From: Chlorokybus atmophyticus
Taxonomy: Eukaryota; Plantae; Mesostigma and Chlorokybus algae
Length of the DNA stretch: 64,000 bases
Direction: 5' to 3'
Assembly (NCBI GenBank): GCA_009103225.1
Contig: RHPI01000810.1
Coordinates: 1,281,962 to 1,345,961, forward strand
The first letter of the stretch is position 1; each line of letters opens with the position of its first letter. A program made the position numbers and the translations under genes. Below the pieces are notes generated by a model that saw only the letters and a list, made by a program, of their open reading frames with translations, searched no databases and was not told the DNA's origin. Of this stretch, positions 1 through 12,367 are shown in pieces.

Positions 1-88
<88 letters not shown>
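1..88. repeat. (TC)n microsatellite, probably the tail of a gap-associated run
   Basis: Pure TC dinucleotide run from base 1 to 88; same type as the run at 50607-51539 that ends in an N. Confidence 0.95.
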
Positions 89-90
<2 letters not shown>

Positions 91-267
91 GCACACGCAC
101 ACGCGTTGTGTGTATGTGACTGGATGCGCAGTCAGCTGCACATGCAGTCTCACATGTACATCTTGTACGTCTGGATCTGCGCACATGCGCACACACACAT
201 CATCTACGCGCATGCGCGCAACATACTTGTACACATGCATACACGCACATGCATGTGTGCACTACAG

Positions 268-686
268 CGCATCAACAACTTTCTACCCCACCAGGCAGCC
301 GATTCGTTGCTTGGGCAATACATTGGCGGGGCGCAAGACACGACTGGGGAGGGGGAGAGCACGAGTACATTGGATCTGTTGCGTGCGCAAGAGAGGAAAG
401 GCGCGATGGATGCGTTGAAAGCAAGCGACCGCACATTGCCGCGCACTCTGCCTGTTGCCATCATATCCGCAGGTGACTTTTTTGCTGGATAAACTTTGTT
501 TGTGTTTGGGCAGTTGTTGTTGGATTGGACGACTGTTGTTGTCATATTCCTTGGTCCTCGTTGCGTTTTTGTTTGTGTTGGCTCATATGCAATTAATTGG
601 CAGGTGTTCTTGTGCACATGATCAGCGCGATAACGGCAATGCGGTTACACGCTGCCATGAGGCCAATCGTTAAGAAGACTGCTTGA
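268..686 (+). CDS. Probable last two exons of an unidentified gene entering from the left (exons 268-472 and 604-686)
   Basis: actacag|CGC acceptor at 267/268, GCAG|GTGACT donor at 472/473, ggcag|GT acceptor at 603/604. Spliced frame reads RINNFLPHQAADSLLGQYIGG...LPVAIISAGVLVHMISAITAMRLHAAMRPIVKKTA* (TGA 684-686). No family recognised. Confidence 0.4.
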
Positions 687-3600
687 GAAAGACTTGCTTA
701 TACGCTAGCTTGTGGCCACACACACTTACACACCTAGTCAGCACACAGCACGTATCCCTCAAGTCTAAGGAAGTTCGTATGGGTGCACAAAAGTTCACGG
801 GGGCAGCGTGTCCATGCGCATGCCGTTGCGCTTTTGGATCTTGCGTGTGCACGCGCGCATGCGCGTGTGCGTGTTGTGTGCGTTCCTTGGTGTCATGCGG
901 TGATACTGGTAGGCAGCAGCAGGGTTTGCTGGCAGCAGCAGCGGGGCAGGTGGTGTGAACGTGCTGCATTGCATTGGCAGCCGCGCAGTCGCCCTGCCCG
1001 CCATTGGCAACTTCCCCGCTCCCAGGTGCGGACCGGCTGTTGTGCCACATGAAATGAGCATTCCCAGCTGTTACAGCCAGAGAGGTGGGGGCAAGGTTAG
1101 TGTGCAAGCCTTGAGACTTCATGGGCATCCTGTTTAATGCTTGCCTGCTTGTGCATCTTTGCATTCTGAAGGTCTCATGCTGTCTCTTTTTGTGGTCTTT
1201 GCATTGCAAGACAAATTGCAGAAACATTTTTGGCAATCTGTCTGTTGTACTATATCTTGGACTGCAGACTGAAACAACTTTGCATTGGGGGTTCACTTAT
1301 GTGCAGGCGTCAAGCCAGCCTGGTTATGTCCCTGCCAACATGCGGGGTTGCCCATGGCAGGCTGAGCATCACCTGCACTAGTGGCATAAACGACTCCATA
1401 AAGGACAACAAGGTAGCTATCTACAAGAAGAGTTGCTGATGCGGGACACCAAGGTGCACAAACGCCACCCCATGTTCAAATGTTTATGGCAATATGGAGC
1501 ACCTGATTCCTTGGGATGTCTGCAGACCAACAAGCTGGGGTATGCCTCTGGCGAGGCTCGTTGGACCGCTGACTCTGTCAACAGCGGTTGAGCAGCCGAG
1601 GCTGTATGGCAAAGGGCACAACCAGGCCGCCATGTGATTTATTCTCGATGAAGACAACTTCGTCAAGCTGCTGGTTTTGTCATGGCTGCCCGTTGGCTAC
1701 CGTGTACAGGAATTACTTTCTTATCCAGTGTGTTTTTGGAATGAAGTGCATTGTAGGGCTGTCATGTGCTGCACACACTACCAAGACAAAGCATACTCAT
1801 ATTACAAGATACGTCTCTCAGAGTTTGGCTGAGGTTGGAGGCGCGACGGTGGCCCCAGAGGATGACAAGCGGTTGACTGGCAAGCACAACAGTGACTCGT
1901 TTCCAGCAGGGCTCGGGGAATTCAGTGCGCAGGCTGGAGCCACTTGAGTTATGGTGAGTACCCCAATCCGATGCAATGGCGGTACCAGTTAACATCATCT
2001 CGAAGCTGCAGCAGCGGATGGGCTCACATGCATCTGGCTGGCAAGGATGGTGTTTGACGGTGTGTAGAATGTCCGGTAGCTCCATTGCAGAAGCATGCAA
2101 TGTAGCGCAAGCACAGCAAGCTAACACCAAGCAAGGCACAGCAGCAGCACAAGATTAAGGCAAGGGCAACCTACTGCTGCAACTACGTGCGCTAGCTTGA
2201 TGTGCGTGGATGTGGAGGGGTTGAGGCGGTGTAGGAGACGGGGCAGCAAGCAAGCACCAACAGCTACCAACTTGTTGGTTACAGCCGCTTGTTAGCAGCG
2301 GTAGTAGTAGGGTCTAGCAGCACAGCAGAACAGGTAGCAGCAGCAAGGTCTGGCGCAGGGCGGGGCGGTGATGTTGTGCTGTGCAGTGTGCTATTCCTCA
2401 CGACCTGCCTGCGGGTGACAGCGTCATCTACAAGACATTACTTATGCCACTAAAACTGAGGCGCTGGCGTTAAGCTTTGCAATTGTAGGCAATGGTGTTT
2501 AGAAACTCAGGGGAGGTTTGCTATCTCCTGACCATTGCACCTTGTATAGCCTTCACCCCCAACCCCGTGCATCCCTACTATGCTGATGCTAATCTCGCGC
2601 GGTTTGCTGGTGATTGGTCCATTCTCTCAGCATGCAACTGATCATGCGAGTTTTTCGTCCGTACGTGTACTACATCATAGTAACCTCATTCTACGAATAG
2701 AGTTGTGCACATCGTCGTGCCGCCTATGGTTTTGGATATGCCGATTGAATATTATCTCTACCCAGGTCGTCATTGGAGAGTACCGTACTGCAAGTGTCGG
2801 TGTAAGCACTGTTACGGCCAGCCCCAAGACGTCATTGTCAAAATGCGCAGCTGCGCTGTAACATCGGCGCCTCAGCATCTAGGCTATGGCCGCAAAAGTC
2901 GCTGCCATAGGAGGAGCCACATGCCAATTAACCATGTCCCATATTATAACGGTGTGGCTTAATTGGAACCCCGTGCTGCAATGCCATAACCTGGTCAATG
3001 CGGTTCGCCTTACTGTAGTACACGTCCTGGCGCACACGATGGTGGCCCAAATATTTGCAGTTGCAAGAGTGGAGTAGCTGTACGTCAATCTTGACGAGCG
3101 CCATGCTTGAAGTCGAGTCCATGCCAGCCCGCACCGACACTTAAGCCATGCATGGCAATCCTCGTAGCGTCTTACAAGTTTATGTGAATTTGTGAGTTGG
3201 TTGTTGCAAATGAGGCGACATTGAACATGTGGCAAACATACCAAATTATGCATACCACACTTGAGGTGAGATCCCGTGGCAGTGATGGCATCTTATAAAT
3301 GTGAGATGCGTCATATACTCAGCGTCGCTACCTTCATAATTGTTCAACAGCTGAGCGACATCAAGCTAAATGCTAGTAAGATCGTTGTGCACGGTTGCGC
3401 GGGTGCGGATGTCACTGCCATGCCTATTGCGGGCACTACTGCGAAGATACAGCGCTCGCTGAGCATCATCGCACAGCTGTTTTGCTCCTATATTAACAAA
3501 TGTTTGCAATTATCACTGTGTGCGCGTTAACGTGCATTAAAGCAAACAGGGCTGCGCTGTTTGCAGTCATGACCCGCTTGGGACCAGTGGGACATGATTT

Positions 3601-4385
3601 GAGTGAGCCACGTTATGCGTCAGAAGGCATTGCTACACATGCGCAATGCCTGCAGACGCAGGTTAATCATGACCAAATTTGCACTTAAATTCCGAGTACA
3701 CATGTATCGTATTACATGCCTCCACTTGTGAATGCGTGCAATACCCTTCTTAAACTCTTAAGCAAACCCATACATGCTTGTTTATCATTTTGTGTCCCAA
3801 ATGTATCAAGATGCCTGTGATATGTGACGACTTTCCTCGTATCTATACATATGACTTGTTAAGAGTACTTTGCTCTTGCACACCGCTTACGTGATCATTG
3901 TTTTGAATGATGAATTGCAAGTTGCCGAAGCTATAGCACTCCTGCCGCTGGTCCAAGTCCGTGAGGTCGAAAGACTTGCATGGCATTATGTGATCCATGT
4001 GCCAAAACGTACCCATGTTGTTCTGTCGGCAGACTCATAACTCGCCGATATCCGCCACAAGTCATTAAAAACATGTACCTTACAAATAAGGCCTAAAACG
4101 GCCATGAAAATCACAAAATTTGGCCTTGACTATTACATGTTCCATCTCAATCCACCTCCGTGCGTCGACTGATGTTAACGTAGATCTTAAGCTCTGTAGC
4201 TGCAGGTTATGAGCTCACTATTAGCCTCGTCCATGTTTGTAGTACTACAGATGCAATTTGAGGAAACACTTGGCGCATGGGACATCGGCACATCAAAGCC
4301 AACCTGCAAGTGTAAACCATAAACATCAGTTTTTACATGCTGTGTGATTAATAGTTAGCTGGTTGCTATAACAGTTACACAACTA

Positions 4386-4900
4386 CCGTATTTACCCCAT
4401 TACAGTTCCCCCCTTTATACAGTTCCCCCTCGTTAAAACACGGGGGGAAAGGTATTTGCACGATAGAGTTCCCCCCCCCTTTTAGTGTTCCCCTTGAAGG
4501 GAATACCATATATATACTTGATATATAACATTAAAGAGTGTATGTATGGGTGTATACATAGTGTATAGCGTATATATAACAGTGTAATGTAAAATAGTGA
4601 GTGTGTCATAATGTAATAGATGTGTCATATAGCAGCATATATTTGTACATGATGCATTCGGCGGGACTTTGCAGTCTGGCCCGTAGTTATCGCGGGAATC
4701 TACAGTCTCACCCGCTGGTACCTGCCGTAATCAGATACGGCACAGTATTCACGTTACTACCGATGGTATCGGCAGCCGCCTCCTGCTACACAATACAATT
4801 CCCCTGCTAGAATAATGTTCCCCCCCTTATAGAGTTCCCCCCTGCTTAATCAAAGGGGGAACTGTATAAAAAGGAGGGAACTCGAATGGGGTAAATACGG
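4386..4900. mobile_element. Tc1/mariner-pogo-like MITE (515 bp)
   Basis: Perfect 16-bp TIRs CCGTATTTACCCCATT (4386) / AATGGGGTAAATACGG (ends 4900), TA target-site duplication on both sides (4384-4385, 4901-4902), repeated subterminal AGTTCCCCC/GGGGGAACT motifs, no ORF. Confidence 0.88.
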
Positions 4901-6013
4901 TATATATAATTATGAGACATCGGCATTGTTGTTTGCATGTATTCACAATCGCTCTTGTAACGCTCATGATGACGAGTTAAGCAGCACGCCCCGCACTTGT
5001 GCTTAATGAATGAGTGACACTCGGAGGTTAGATTGTCCATGCTGCAATGTTTTCAGTGCATAGTCACTCCCTGCTCCCGGTAAGATGCCTGGTTTTGCAC
5101 GCAATCTGCACGGTGGTTTGAACGCAATGCTGCAATGGATCACGCAAATAACTTATGATATGCTCTAAAGCACACGAATTGCTTGCTGTGACATGCATGG
5201 CGTGAGGCACCATCAGAGCTTGAAGCGTATGTCCTTGCAAAGACGATATTATGCGAGCGGTACTACTAACTTGGAGCTTTTACTCTCAACATTAGCAGCA
5301 AGTCAGATGCTCGTCTAAATACGTGTAGCAACGAGGTGTCTTCAAAAGTGGGTCCGCTTGCTTGGCCACATACAACGCTTCTTAAATTGCCTTCTTCCAT
5401 GCTTGGCGTTTGCTGTTGATGCAGAAGACGTACTCATTGGCGCGCTTGCACGTGCGGCCACCACAGATTTGTAATCAGAGCCTAACAGTTAATCAAGGTT
5501 TGATTGACCAACAGCTTAGCATGTAGCTGACCTCTGTTGTGGGCTTCGTTCCAACGTCCGTCCACCTGTATTCGATGTAGCTCTCTCTCTTTGGCTTAGT
5601 ACAAGTGCATTGCCTTAACAATCCTTGTTTACCTCATTGGTGTCTGGTTCAAACGGAGCCTAGCGCACAGCTATTGTTGTCGTCTGTGCATGTTGTTGTC
5701 CATTCTTCACTAACTTGCTAGACTAGCAAGCTAACTTGCTATACTAGCAAGCTCGCTAAACTACAACTTTTAAAGCGTCGCTTTGGCCTCCAAATTACTA
5801 CCATTGCAAGGATTGGTTTCATATGGTATCATTTGTGTGAATAGTTACATGAGCTTTCAATGTTGACACTATACTTGCATAAGTAGTGACAATGGATTCA
5901 TGTAATGCTACAACTCCTGTAGTGATACAATATTGATGTAATTCATGAGTGACTACGAATAATATTCAGCTCAAACCCGAACCAATATCTGATTGGCTAC
6001 TATGCAAAGGGGC

Positions 6014-7445
6014 AATCGTCGCAATATCTACACGGTGACTAACCAGGGACTGAGGACCGACGGGTGCCTGACCGTGCTTGACATGTCGCTTTTGGACTAT
6101 TGGGTTTGCCGTTGGCTATTATGGACTGTTGGTGACGGCCAATCGACGGTCGATAGTACACAAGCAACGGCGGCCTGCCTTTTGTGGCAAGCAGGTCGCC
6201 TTATAATGACTTGTGGTGCCGGCCGACTTTCGGTCGTCAACCAACCGTCGCATGTCATGCGCGGCAGCAACCTTTCAGCGACAAGCAAGTGATCGGCAGT
6301 TCCTACTTGTCGCTGCGTATTGCCGGCAAGTCGTGACTTTTATACGATGCATTTTGTGTACCATTAACATAATACGATGCTCTCATCGTAACAATAGCAC
6401 AATCGTACCATTTCAATAGTACGATTGTGCCATTAAAATGGTACGATCCCACCATGTTTTCGGCATCAATTTAAATACTCAATGGCTTAATTCAAGTTGA
6501 CACTTGACTCAAGTGACTTGTGAGCGTTGTGCAGGGGCTAGCAGCGCTGCAGCAGCGTCGGCGTCGGCGGCAATGGCGGCCGCGGCGATTACTGAATCAC
6601 ACCATGATGGCCAACAGTAGGTGAGCTTAGTTGCGGAATGTTATTATGTTGTGTTATGCGGAACAGCGCAGGCAGCCTAACCACCCTTTGTACCATAGGG
6701 CAGCCAGGCCACGCCACGCCAAGCGGCGGCGGCGGCGGTGGCGATACATGGCAAGCGACAGCATGTAGGTGTGTATGTTACTGTTGATTGCGCTTGTTTG
6801 ATTGCCTTAACCGCCTTGTGTGCTTTACAGGAGCGGCGGCGGACGAGGACCAGCGGCGGCGGAGTTGCCAGCTCTAATGGCGGGCGGTGCAAGAGCGGCA
6901 GCTTGGTACAGGGGTAGTAGTACTAGAAGTAGTAGCTTAGTTGTACTAGCAGTAGTAGTAGTAGTAGCTCAGTGGAGTTTACATTGCAGCATATAAACTT
7001 TTATTGGTATTATAAACTTATTATTTATCACCGTCTTGCACAGTTGACGACAATCATTGTGTGATGCATAATCATGACCAAGCGGTACTAACAGGTACTT
7101 ATAATGATACACAACAATAATGGCCGATACTATAAAGATACCATCAGGTACCTGTCAGGCACAACCATTTCACAGTCGCCGGTACCTAATTGTTAGATAC
7201 TGGTTGGTTACTTGTCAGTTAGGTTAAGACCCGTTTGCTTGGCTTATGGGTATTTAACAGGTACCTATCAGTTAAAGTCAGGCCCTTTCTGTAGACGTCC
7301 GCCAACTGATGTTGACGGCCGTTATGCTCAGGTCCCTGTATCGAGATTACCGGTGGACTAAGCCACGAGTCTCAATGAGTATCCTCAGGTGCACGGCCGT
7401 TGCCAATATTTAGTCGGCCGGCAGGGGAAACATTTTGCGACGATT
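6014..7445. mobile_element. Non-autonomous repeat element, copy 1 (short TIR CGTCGCAA/TTGCGACG)
   Basis: Ends AATCGTCGCAA (6014) and TTGCGACGATT (7435-7445). Colinear similarity to 12368-13884 at the left end (CACGGTGACTAAC..AGGGACTGAGG), the GGC-rich core and the right end (GTTATGCTCAGGTCCCTGTATCGAGAT...GGCAGGGGAAAC). No TSD found. Confidence 0.65.
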
Positions 7446-8251
7446 ACTATTAAACTATGATTTAAAAATTCTAGAAATTTAAAGCATTTAATTGTATAAT
7501 ACAAGTATATAATATAGAGTTTAAAAGAATTAATCTTATAGCATGTAAATGTTGATTGATATTGTATACGTGTGGTTGATTACGTGAAAGTGATTATGGT
7601 CAATGCCATGGCAAGGAAATCCGAATATATATTAAGAATCAATTGATGTAAGGCTACAACTCTGTTCACTCGTACATCGTGGCTGCAGCAAATAAGGTGA
7701 AATTGTTAACTTCATTTATAGTACACATTTTCTTTATGTATAACATGTTCGGTGGTTAAAGTCGCTCCGGCTAAGTTCAACCACCAAGCTGCTTTCTCAA
7801 ATTTGGCTGACTTGGAGACGGCGTTGGCTGGAGAGACGGCGCAGCGGTAGCAGTTGGTAGTGGTAGTGGTTTTGAGACAATCTACTGCAAAGCCATTCTA
7901 AATGCATGTATCTGAGATTTCTATTGAGCATTATCCTTTCCATCTTTGCTTTGCTCTAGCTCTATTGTAATCTAAGCCTCCATGGTACATACTCTTTGAT
8001 ACACTCCTGCGTACGCGGCATTGCAGTCTACCCGACGAGACGTAGTGTGTGGAGCCCATCTGTCATCATGCAGTCGTGTCGCTTGTCAACCAGAAACCAC
8101 AAGGATACAAACAAGCAACTGTGCATCAGCACGTACTCCGTTTTCATCATCTGGCACGGCATATATTTACCAACGAGCCTGGCAACCACCAGCAATATTA
8201 CTCGAATATATCTACACATCAGCGTCAATGCTACAAAGTTTGAGGCAGTCA

Positions 8252-11200
8252 TTATCCCCTCTGTCTTCGCGATCGGCTGCCCCTTCTATCCTTCAATGCC
8301 ACCTCGCATGCGCGGGCAAGCCACCGGACAACCTCATCGGAAGAAGTGAGCATGGTTTCCAACAACTGCATCCCACCGTTGCGAGCAAGACATTCCGCAT
8401 ACTCGTTATCTCCCCTCTCTTCCAGCAGGCTTTGCAGGCTGCGTGCCACACTGCGCTGTACTCGTATGTCGGGGTGGTCGTGCGCCATGTCAACAAGGAG
8501 CGACACCATCACCTCATCCACCAACAAGCTGTCCGCTTCTACGCGGAACAATACCACATTGGCAAGTGCCTTTGCAACCTGGCAGGACAACATATGATGT
8601 CAGTGAATGCATGTTGGCGATCGCAGCAGCAAGTTCGACCCGAAACAACATGCTGTGTACCTGGCAGCGGATGTCCAAGCTGTTGGCAGTTGCCTTGCGC
8701 GCTAAAAGGGCGAGACCCCCACTGCGAGCAATGGCACTATGCACCTTGCCATTAGCCGCAAGCGTGCACACAGCCCCAAGAAGATGGTAGAGTGTGGTGT
8801 CATCCTTCAATGAAGAGCAGACGGCTATGAGCTTGTACAGGCCCGAGCCACGCACCAACCTTACCTGGGAAAACAAACAGTATATATGGGTCATGCAGAT
8901 TGCACAATCCAGACATAAACAAATATGGTGTCGTACCTGGCAAGCAGGGTGCAAACAAAGGTGTTCAATGGCCGCTGCAACAACTTGCCGCATTGCTGCA
9001 GTGGAGTCCGGCTTTGCAAGATATCGCAGAAAGAGCTTTGTCCCACCACCATTCACAATAAGCTCTTGGTGCTCTTCGCTGTAGGCCAGACTTGCCAATG
9101 TCCTCAGTGCAAGAACTGCAAGGTTCTTGTCTGATGACATCGCCAGTTTAAACAACACCGGTAGCCTGCACACACATGTGTCAATACACGCCCAATCACG
9201 CACGCGATACGCACACAGGAAAGGCGTGTACACGCAGCCGATACATACGCAATGCGCATAAAGCACCAGGGCTCGTACCTGACATTCTCAAACACTCTGC
9301 TGATGACAGCAAGAGTCCGCCTCAGATCATCGTTCTCTTCCGAGAGTGCGTGCACAAGGGACCCGTTATCCTGATCAATGGAAGAGAACCGTATGGGTTC
9401 ACGCTCTTGCAAGCGGCCACATGTTGTACAGGGAGCTTCTGCCCCATTGGGAAGAGACTGTCCATTGCGCTCCGCGATGTCGTGCGATGGCTCGGGTCCG
9501 ATTGAACTGCTGTTGGCGCTGCTGAGATGCGGTCGAGCCTGGCTCATGGGCGAAGTGTCTTGAGTGTCATCGATCATAGCAGCTGGAGAGTCCACCAAAC
9601 CAGAACGCTCGGCTGAATCGAGATCTGCACAAACCCTCAAACATGAGCCAAGCGCAGTATAAAGAGGCACATGTTCCAAAGCAACTGGTCTATGAAATGA
9701 CTCTTGAAATTGTGCATGTCACCTGGCAGCTCAAGAGGCGTGTGTTGGCCTGACAACGTCACGGCACTTGCATCAATAAAGTCCTCAAGTCCAACTTGCG
9801 TACAGGCGTCGCAGAAAGTATGTTGGGATGCATCTTGTGGGGCAACAGCCACACTCCTTTGCAGCAGGCTCGGGCCGGGAGCAGGGCAGCTCAATGGCAG
9901 ATGGATTGGCGGCGTGGGCGGACTCGTGCCACCCGGTCCCAGATATGGCGGCCTTTTGGAGGGCGTTCCGAGGTACGAATCCAATGCATCCAAAGAGCGG
10001 CTCGCATACTTCATCCTTGCCTGCGCATGAGCAACAACTTCAGTTGAGCACAAACCAACACATGCCAGTTCATTTAGTGTTTGGATCAGCTTTTAACTGT
10101 GTTGTAAGCGTGTCAACTGGCCTTGCGCTGGAAGGAAGGTTGTGAGGAAAGGCCAACACTGCTGGGCTCGATGTAGAAGAACGACGCAAGAGCTGCATCG
10201 TTCTCATACCCAAACCTCGCCTTCTCCTCATTGGTCTCTGAGGTGCTCGTTGTCTGTAAGCACACAAGCAGCTTATGAGTCAGCGTGAAGATCATGTGGA
10301 CATGCTTAACAGTGAACACAAGCGCAAGTACACAAGCTTCAGTACCTGGTCAGCAGCGCCTTGAGCCTCGTCCAACTGATTAGTAAACTGCGCAGCTGCA
10401 TGCTGCAATTGCGCTTGCAAATATTGCTGCAATGCGGCAAGACGCTCATGAAGCGCTTGCTGGATTGGCCGCATGGCCTGTGAAAAAAATGTAATGTGTT
10501 AGTGCTGTTGCATCTAAAAATAACTAGAGCTTCCAGCCACTTGTGGTGGCAGAAGCACAGTTGGCTTAACAGTAACGCGTTATGCACAGCTATCAGAGAT
10601 AGCAAAAGCAAGTGGCAGATTGCGCAAAGAAAGGCGACACAAAGCCATCTTACCGCATTGATACACAGCTGCCAGCTGTCACTCCCTCCGACATCCTGGA
10701 AGCTGCTGTCCAGAGCACAGCTGATGTCCGCCAGAAGGGCGGCCTGTGTTGACTGCAACCAACCATCACATTAGCTGTGGTTGCAAAATTAACTGTCTCA
10801 TGTCAACAGCACATCAACAGCTGTCAACCCTGCCAAGCATGAACTTGACAGCTGGACGACAAGCAGCACAGCGAAACGACAATGTCAACTCCAGTATCCT
10901 GCTCACACGCCGCTTTGCAACAACCACAGCCACAGGCAAGACGGCTGAGCAGGTAAAATGCCCACAATGCACGTTGACCAAGCCGCAGCTAGGGTTTGGG
11001 CCTGGCCAGACCAGCGAGCTGCTGGGGATCCTTCACCTCAATAGCGGCGGCGACGGGACTGGCGCACGCCGCCGCGTCTTGGCCGTCCGCGCCACCGTCA
11101 GCGGCGGACCGCAGCACATCGCCGTCGTGATCAACAGCTGGCGCCGCCTCCTCCTGCGGCGGCAGCGGCGACCGCAGCGCGCCCTCCAGGACCATGCCCA

Positions 11201-11318
11201 TGACCCCGCCCAAGTCGCCAACCTCCTCTCTCCTGCCGGCGAACGGCCCGGCGGCGGAGATGGGGCCATACGGGGCCAGGCCGGGCAGCCCCGGGCTGGC
11301 CACCAGCGTCTCTACCAT
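8252..11318 (-). CDS. Multi-exon armadillo-repeat protein resembling the C-terminus of armadillo-repeat kinesins (ARK), with coiled-coil but no visible motor domain
   Basis: Spliced exons give ...ISRVFENVRLPVLFKLAMSSDKNLAVLALRTLASLAYSEEHQELIVNGGG..., DDTTLYHLLGAVCTLAANGKVHSAIARSGGLALL, DIRCQVAKALANVV..., which parallel ARK ARM repeats (IARLFEQVGLQKILSLL; TLRMVAGAIANL; DVLAQVARGIANF, recalled). Stop TAA at 8252-8254. ATG 11318 and some middle exons are tentative. Confidence 0.75.
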
Positions 11319-12367
11319 GGCGGCCCGGCCCCCCCCCTGCTCACCCCGGACGAGGGCTACACGCCCGCCCGCCCCGCAGCAACCGAGCTGGCGGTGAACA
11401 AGCGGAGAGCTGCCCGCGCAAGCCTGCTGCGGGCCGCCATAGCTGTGAAGCTTCGCTGAAGAGGCGGCTGTAGTGGAGCTCGGAGCGGAGCGGCAAAACC
11501 TGACGCACGCGAGGAAAAAACACTCACGAAAACGCGTGGCTGGCGCCTCCCATCCGGTTGTACCAAACAGGATAAGCGGCAACTCTCTTCGACCTTGATC
11601 GGACAGGGCACAGTCGGTTCGGTTTTATCCCAGTCCGCCCCCTTGCGAATTGCAATTCATAATGACATGAGTGTGGAGCCTAGACTCGGCCCTTGAGTAT
11701 GCGATACTCTTCAATATACCCAAGTACTCCAGATTTACAAAGCACTTGGATCATTTTGGCCAAATGGGAAGGGCGGGCACATGCATGCAAGCACAACCTT
11801 CACATACCGCGTTCGCTCATAAGTTTGGTGACTGTCGTCACAGATGGTGGGCAGCATATGCATGTAAGCATACAAACTTCAACAACCGTATTCACCCAAA
11901 TAGTTTGCTCTCGTCTCACATTGTAAGTGACACAGTGCCCCCGTTAAACATGGAAGCTCCTCCACTCTTAAGCCTCTAAAAAGTTGATGAACCTGAAATG
12001 GCGATTAAATTAAAGCACGTTTCATGATGCTTATATCAACACAAACGATAATGACGCTACGCATATACATATAAGCGCAACCTTTAGCACCGTTTATGCA
12101 CAAAGATAGTGTCCTCCTTTAAAACCGTGTAAGTTACAGAGTGCCCGCGTTGAAAATTGAAGCCCCTTCTTAACTCCCTCCGTTCCGTTCTTCATGACGC
12201 TTACATGTTAAGGTGGCGCTCAATGTAAGGCACCTTCGTAAACGTTTCATACGAGCACAACTATTCTGAAGTGTATGAGCGCGTTGGTAATTGCAAGTAA
12301 TGTGTGCAAGTGACATGACAATAAGGGTTATATGGAATTATATATTCCATATAACCCTTACTGGTAA

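Noticed and set aside
670-1300. Long His/Ala/Cys-rich ORFs here and in many introns (e.g. 41845-42349, 42654-42953)
   Set aside because: They arise from GCAT/CA/GT low-complexity sequence with few stops; no coding signal.
1400-1760. Cys-rich frame (C*CGTPRCTNATPCSN) resembling a CXC/pre-SET motif
   Set aside because: It has in-frame stops, no splice support and no further motif.
2400-5990. Weak hAT/MULE-like peptide snippets (e.g. TAMPIAGTTAKIQRSLS, AEAIALLPLV)
   Set aside because: Too short and degenerate to assign; probably old TE debris.
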